Shown here: positions 56,901 to 59,635 of the stretch, one piece after another
Position numbering within the stretch: the first letter of the stretch is position 1
Layout: every line of letters begins with the position of its first letter
Virus record (IMG/VR): IMGVR_UViG_3300031851_003771
Reading direction: 5' to 3' (one strand)
Origin: an uncultured virus (IMG/VR IMGVR_UViG_3300031851_003771)
Lineage: Duplodnaviria; Heunggongvirae; Uroviricota; Caudoviricetes
DNA: 59,635 nucleotides
The notes under the pieces: generated by a model
Databases searched by the model: none
Told to the model about the DNA's origin: nothing
The model's input: the letters and a program-made list of their open reading frames with translations, nothing else
Position numbers and translations under genes: made by a program

Positions 56901-59635
56901 GGTTCTGCTGTAAATGAATCAATTGAGTTTAAAATTGACCATACAAAATTAAAAACTAATCCACAGTTAATAAGTTTCGAATCTAACATCAACGGAGAGA
57001 TAACAACTGACATATTAACTGATGAAATTATCACATTGGACATAGATGATAATGCTAGTTGGATCAAAAAGCCAAGCGGAGACAGATCTAGTGCAAACTT
57101 GTGGACAACAAGAACAGAAAAATTTGAATTGCCCACAGCTGGTTACGTACACGCAAATGATACAACATATCAAGTATTTTCAAAAGATGATTTAAATGCT
57201 CACTACGAAACAAATTCTAATGTTGCACTGAAATCAACATACTGGGTCAGTAATGACATTAACCAAGACTGGAATGTATATAGATTATCAAATAGAATTC
57301 ATACAATAGATTCAGTTGTTTCTGTAAATCCATTAAAGGTTACAGTTGATGACAGTAGCAGTAAGTTACTGACATCAAATGCAACTACAGTAGAAACTGT
57401 TATACCAATGCACCAGAATGCAAATGCAAATGTGATAACGATGACACACGGAAGTAAATTGTTACAACTTGATTTAAGTGATCAGTCTGTGACCAAAACA
57501 ATTAACTTTAGTGACTTTGGTGGAACAGGTGCTGAAGTTATTGCTGACAGTGTTTCTGATAAGATTAATAAGATGGTAGTAACAACAGGTGGATCAGGAT
57601 ACAGTGACGGAGACACAGTAAATGTAAGTGGTGGAGGTGGATCAGGTTGTGTGGGTACAGTTAATGCCACAACAAATATTACTGCACTGACAATAGCCAC
57701 CGGTGGATCAGGATACAGCACTTCATCTGGAATAACTACAACACACGCAAATTCATCTACAGTTACTATAGGAACAGTTAACACAGTTCACAATACAGTT
57801 GACGCATTAACGATAGCAAATGGTGGCACAGGTTACTCAACTGGCAACTATGTTGTAACAGGAAACTTTGATAGTAACCCAAGCAATGCTAACGTGACTT
57901 GGTTCGTAATAACAACAATCAGTTCAGTTGACGCTGGCACAGGTGAGATAACTGGATTAAATTCATTTAGTAATATTAATGTAGGAGCAACATCTGCCGC
58001 TATATCAAGTGGCATAAAAATTGCTAACACTAGCTTAAATGGTGAAGCATCAAATACTGCTCCAGCAACAATTAACATAACTGGAAGTACATTAGGAATT
58101 ATTAATAGTGTTACATTAACAGACGGTAATGTTGGAAATCAAACAGTTGCAGAAGCACAGGCGAATATATCTATATCGTTGGGTAGTGGAGCATCAATAA
58201 CAGCAACGGGAATAGAAGGACAAATTGAGTCAGTTACTTTAGTAAGTGCTGGTGGTGGTTTCTATGCAGAACCAACAGACATAAGCATACTAGGTACAGC
58301 AACAGAAAGATTTAATAGTATAACTAGTACAAATTATCATACTAGCGGTTCAGGAACAGGAGCAATTTTTGACGTAGAGAGATCAGCGATAACATATAAA
58401 ATTTATGCAGACACTTTCACAAATACAGGATCAGGTTTTAAACCTAACGACACAATCACAGTAGTAGGATCATATTTTGGAGCAGAATCTCCAACTAATG
58501 ACTTAACTATAACTGTCAACGAAGTTTCTGATAAAATTGCGACAGTTTCAACCGATGGAGTCACAACAGGGTTCCAAGTAGGTGACATCATAACGTTCAT
58601 AGGGGAAGAACTTAACGACAGTGCAAAAGCAACGGTATCAAGTGTATCTGGTGGTAACATAACTGGATTAACATTGACTGTAGCAGGTGAAGGATATTCT
58701 AAAACACCTATAACATTCTCAGTAACTAATTCAAGCGGTGTACCAAAAGTACTAGGAACTGATTATACAGTCACAGCAAATTCATTCGTATTACCAATGG
58801 GATACTTTGTAATAACCGGATCAGGTCCTTCTGGAGCCTTTGGGTCCATAGGAGGTTTCTCAGTTTCAGGTACAGGATCAACTAAATCAAAAGGATCAGG
58901 TGCTGTGTTAAGAATGAGAGGTAACAGACCAACTAAAAAAATACAAACAGAATTAAGTAATCCGGCTAAAAATTTCACAGTAGGTGAAACCATATCAAGT
59001 AACAATGGTTTTACAGGAACTGTTACTGGAGTATACAAATACAGTGCAAACGCAAACGTGATAATATTTGTTGATTCACACAACCAGACGCTGACAACCA
59101 CAGAGCTCTATACAGGTGCAACTAGTGGAGCAGTGTCTACTTTATCAAATATAACAAATAACGTCATTAATGATTTATATGATGATAATAGCATAAAATT
59201 TGGTGATGAGACTTTTGGTTCGATATTGACATTCAAAGTCAACCAAGGTGGTGCAAACTATAAAGCACCAAGTTTAACTGTTACAGCCAACACAGGTGTT
59301 GCACAAGGTAGCCTACTAACAACTTCAGGTGTTGTATCATCTGCATACGTGACAGTGCCAGGATTTGGATACAGAAAAGAATTTAGTACAAATGCAGATG
59401 TACAAATTAGTATTAAAGATACTATAGTAAAATCAGATGATGCGACATTGACATTCACAGATCCTATGATCAAACCAGATTCAATTAGCAATATTGTTGT
59501 CACAGTTAATAGTGCGTTTGATACAAGCACTGGTCCATTTATGGATATCGATGAAGGTGCAAATGCAAGTCCAATTATTAGTAATTCTAATATTTTTGCA
59601 AATGCAACTATTACTAGCGGATTTACAGATGTCAC
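50901..59635 (+). CDS. Very large virion structural protein (gp7-position baseplate/fibre protein), truncated at the window end
   Basis: ATG 50901 directly after gp6. Absent from the ORF track, consistent with no in-frame stop; frame spot-checked at several points and at 59583-59635 (>2,900 aa). Contains FLPELFQT, DKFLNYENYYW, NPWSRTNGWVHKD, HPWEMLGF and GGSGY repeats. Confidence 0.88.
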   Translation, partial: MAEYSNISVSNTAITTENTVSTTDTFKAIDFLPELFQTPKLKNFFDGTVEQVFSKPSSEKTTEFIGRKFGSYYRPLKDNYKVEINKNRNDYQLETSIVVKNSDSLLTEDAVFYNELLDFVSTENGKTNNQSRLFSQNYYSYGPPIDHDKFLNYENYYWYSPLDANYSAITVEGTEQQIIATSGGQNTFTTTYPVDSTIDKVYFKGTITTDYTVVGKTLTLTSLTAQVGDVLKVTHYVDPDKIIGKKNFTTPNNIKLSSGMLITIDPTYFTTTGTYTADTRYYIEGVGTTFGIELIAIDEEAELFLSEANLQWDRADTIGSTDTSTGWDAERWDTIPDTASPDYITIKRGSKDKNPWSRTNGWVHKDNVPIYRKVEAYTDTFKPWDGIEAWDVDNKVWDAVTVTSYVDEAFILDNSRKGTRPIVEFEKDIQLYNYGKTHIDTVDLLSTEDNKAQVEAGISYTIDDIAVTDGMKILFVNPAFNTALTPWDGINDPWDHDTDSDASTGGGGLTGGDVGWDVAGSDFDVASSLWQATVDGVSNISLTKVNVTIVNDSKITVRLGSVNGGKEYHWSGYNWVQSQSKASINFAPLYSLYDHNGLSLSDAINYPSSTFAGTPLFGYVTGTGSNDSVLGFPLSYDRYTGLGEIKFKNCHNDYNNDYGFTFYKKYNNPTILKQNFDKKVIVQPGVKSGNDFYIDGIRKENLILLRNHRYIFNLSDPSTSTTGYTGGYHPLGLSTTKDGTHGGGALYTTNVKYFLDDIEVTSTVFNATATFNEATDRRIEFEPDSSTPDTLYYYCPNHSGMGASAFVENNNVTSLDDASTIDYLNQWAVVKDKSSQQLRQEFQVTESSTANTFVLESIIADDSTVRVYVDSLEKQAGTYYTIVGNKKIVTTSNVAVGSHVIVSWNTFEEKNLKEAYYVAPKNLTHNPENNDIATHSYSDLLDHFGENIANQDNISGLALGSNTYRDTHKSLSAGDTILQHTAPALKFATHVNSDNRNLIKAVRTAQDDYTRFKNKFISKTAEVVTTNDTSTWKDSTLVDYVLREINKNKKVSEKWSYSLMLSYGDTKQTTSTTVTSTNKTWSNSTSSYEVQSYSAIMDTSGKPGLEIAYAYNPRDDKDTKSLYVYNNDVLLTMNNDYVIDNVSATRIVFIGPNKPVVNDVVKVEYYSNKQPAWIPATPSKLGMDKVYLPQQITDSQSYSSGSKTFTQGHDGSLIPLYNDDRDRALLELEKRIYNDIENRFMDPDYVPPISYNTLVSNYFNSKLYSYKEYNDIVKPHIYRWSVFNQADLTTNANYSSADWKTWNWSDCVDLSGTMAPGHWRGIFKKFYGTDRPHTHPWEMLGFSIKPTWWDNNYNWSTAGKRALLINDIEKGIIRDGDRANLLNLKYTGKNNYRHNNFSSYVPVDTSGNLIDPFTIGLTILQPDSVQAQKPWKAGDLAPTERAFFMNSSSGFANTSVTSLMKPAEYYSLMFDTLNLKNIPINNSMVYDGSTKLRHTNNVYVHREVENDRIVSSQGYNQYISERLIEQNKNVKDKYGGILRNVKPQIAHKQGAFIDFSSYKVQAESYSPATKTTSIFIPQNNITHRTHVSPAIKNYSYSAVLVEKTLSGFTVKGYDINNNYFTTAVSQKTGPGIEVRVGGNNINVPAYTPNQTLAIGEYVKYEGIYYKVRVAHTTTSSFEASNFQSVNQVPVENGAAVTYYTTVKNNETAQIDYGTEFKSIDDVFDFLVNYGRHLESEGWIFDSYNSDTNTNSDWLYAGKEFLFWSLGGWGTGSIIALSPSANKITFKPVQGVVANVEDIVGSTYSVLDSNGLPIENATTTVVRDGNKLTLTDDNNRPIYFTTLYTREIEHISIFDNITLFDDVIYNPTLSIRQPRLKQTVLKTTDWTGKLEAKGYLITDTDGLVSNFETSTRDVNRYLDVDTPIANDNLKKAGLRTIGFSNRSYLENLQIIDENQAKFYQGYVKQKGTQNAIDRLARTEVISERDSLNVYEYYAFKVGEFGGSAVNESIEFKIDHTKLKTNPQLISFESNINGEITTDILTDEIITLDIDDNASWIKKPSGDRSSANLWTTRTEKFELPTAGYVHANDTTYQVFSKDDLNAHYETNSNVALKSTYWVSNDINQDWNVYRLSNRIHTIDSVVSVNPLKVTVDDSSSKLLTSNATTVETVIPMHQNANANVITMTHGSKLLQLDLSDQSVTKTINFSDFGGTGAEVIADSVSDKINKMVVTTGGSGYSDGDTVNVSGGGGSGCVGTVNATTNITALTIATGGSGYSTSSGITTTHANSSTVTIGTVNTVHNTVDALTIANGGTGYSTGNYVVTGNFDSNPSNANVTWFVITTISSVDAGTGEITGLNSFSNINVGATSAAISSGIKIANTSLNGEASNTAPATINITGSTLGIINSVTLTDGNVGNQTVAEAQANISISLGSGASITATGIEGQIESVTLVSAGGGFYAEPTDISILGTATERFNSITSTNYHTSGSGTGAIFDVERSAITYKIYADTFTNTGSGFKPNDTITVVGSYFGAESPTNDLTITVNEVSDKIATVSTDGVTTGFQVGDIITFIGEELNDSAKATVSSVSGGNITGLTLTVAGEGYSKTPITFSVTNSSGVPKVLGTDYTVTANSFVLPMGYFVITGSGPSGAFGSIGGFSVSGTGSTKSKGSGAVLRMRGNRPTKKIQTELSNPAKNFTVGETISSNNGFTGTVTGVYKYSANANVIIFVDSHNQTLTTTELYTGATSGAVSTLSNITNNVINDLYDDNSIKFGDETFGSILTFKVNQGGANYKAPSLTVTANTGVAQGSLLTTSGVVSSAYVTVPGFGYRKEFSTNADVQISIKDTIVKSDDATLTFTDPMIKPDSISNIVVTVNSAFDTSTGPFMDIDEGANASPIISNSNIFANATITSGFTDV

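Noticed and set aside
610..59635. Many 60-250 aa ORFs antisense to or nested in long genes (e.g. 29210..29956, 19975..20334, 57482..57784, 59258..59635)
   Set aside because: Shadow frames of well-supported genes; no SD or promoter and no recognisable motifs.
1..59635. Stop-codon reassignment (alternative genetic code)
   Set aside because: Core genes are full length in code 11, and TAA, TAG and TGA all end genes at sensible positions.

Overview
A 59.6-kb segment of an AT-rich, T4-related (large myovirus-type) dsDNA phage genome read in standard code 11. The host is probably an aquatic bacterium (inference). The window carries most of the virion morphogenesis module: terminase subunits, portal, prohead protease, scaffold, major capsid, neck, tail terminator, sheath, tube, tape measure, baseplate hub, spike and wedge proteins, and a >2,900-aa virion protein running off the right end. 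It also encodes gp46/gp47, the gp55 late sigma factor, dNMP kinase, and accessory genes (radical SAM, NUDIX, 2OG-Fe(II) oxygenase, ferritin-like protein, ClpP, HNH, GIY-YIG). Highlights: (1) a tandem glutamine-I (glnA-type) riboswitch at 44739-44843, starting exactly at a late-promoter start position and preceding a 65-aa basic protein reminiscent of glutamine-synthetase inactivating factors; (2) a full-length, stand-alone phage-encoded ribosomal protein uL11; (3) two candidate programmed -1 frameshifts that explain otherwise start-less reading frames (about 5547-5555 and 31949-31955); (4) a ~360-nt GC-rich structured non-coding element with its own promoter (about 32700-33065); (5) a window-wide TAAATA-N5-ATG architecture implying leaderless late mRNAs; (6) apparent avoidance of CATG and GCWGC. 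All family calls come from motif recognition and synteny by eye; no database search was run.
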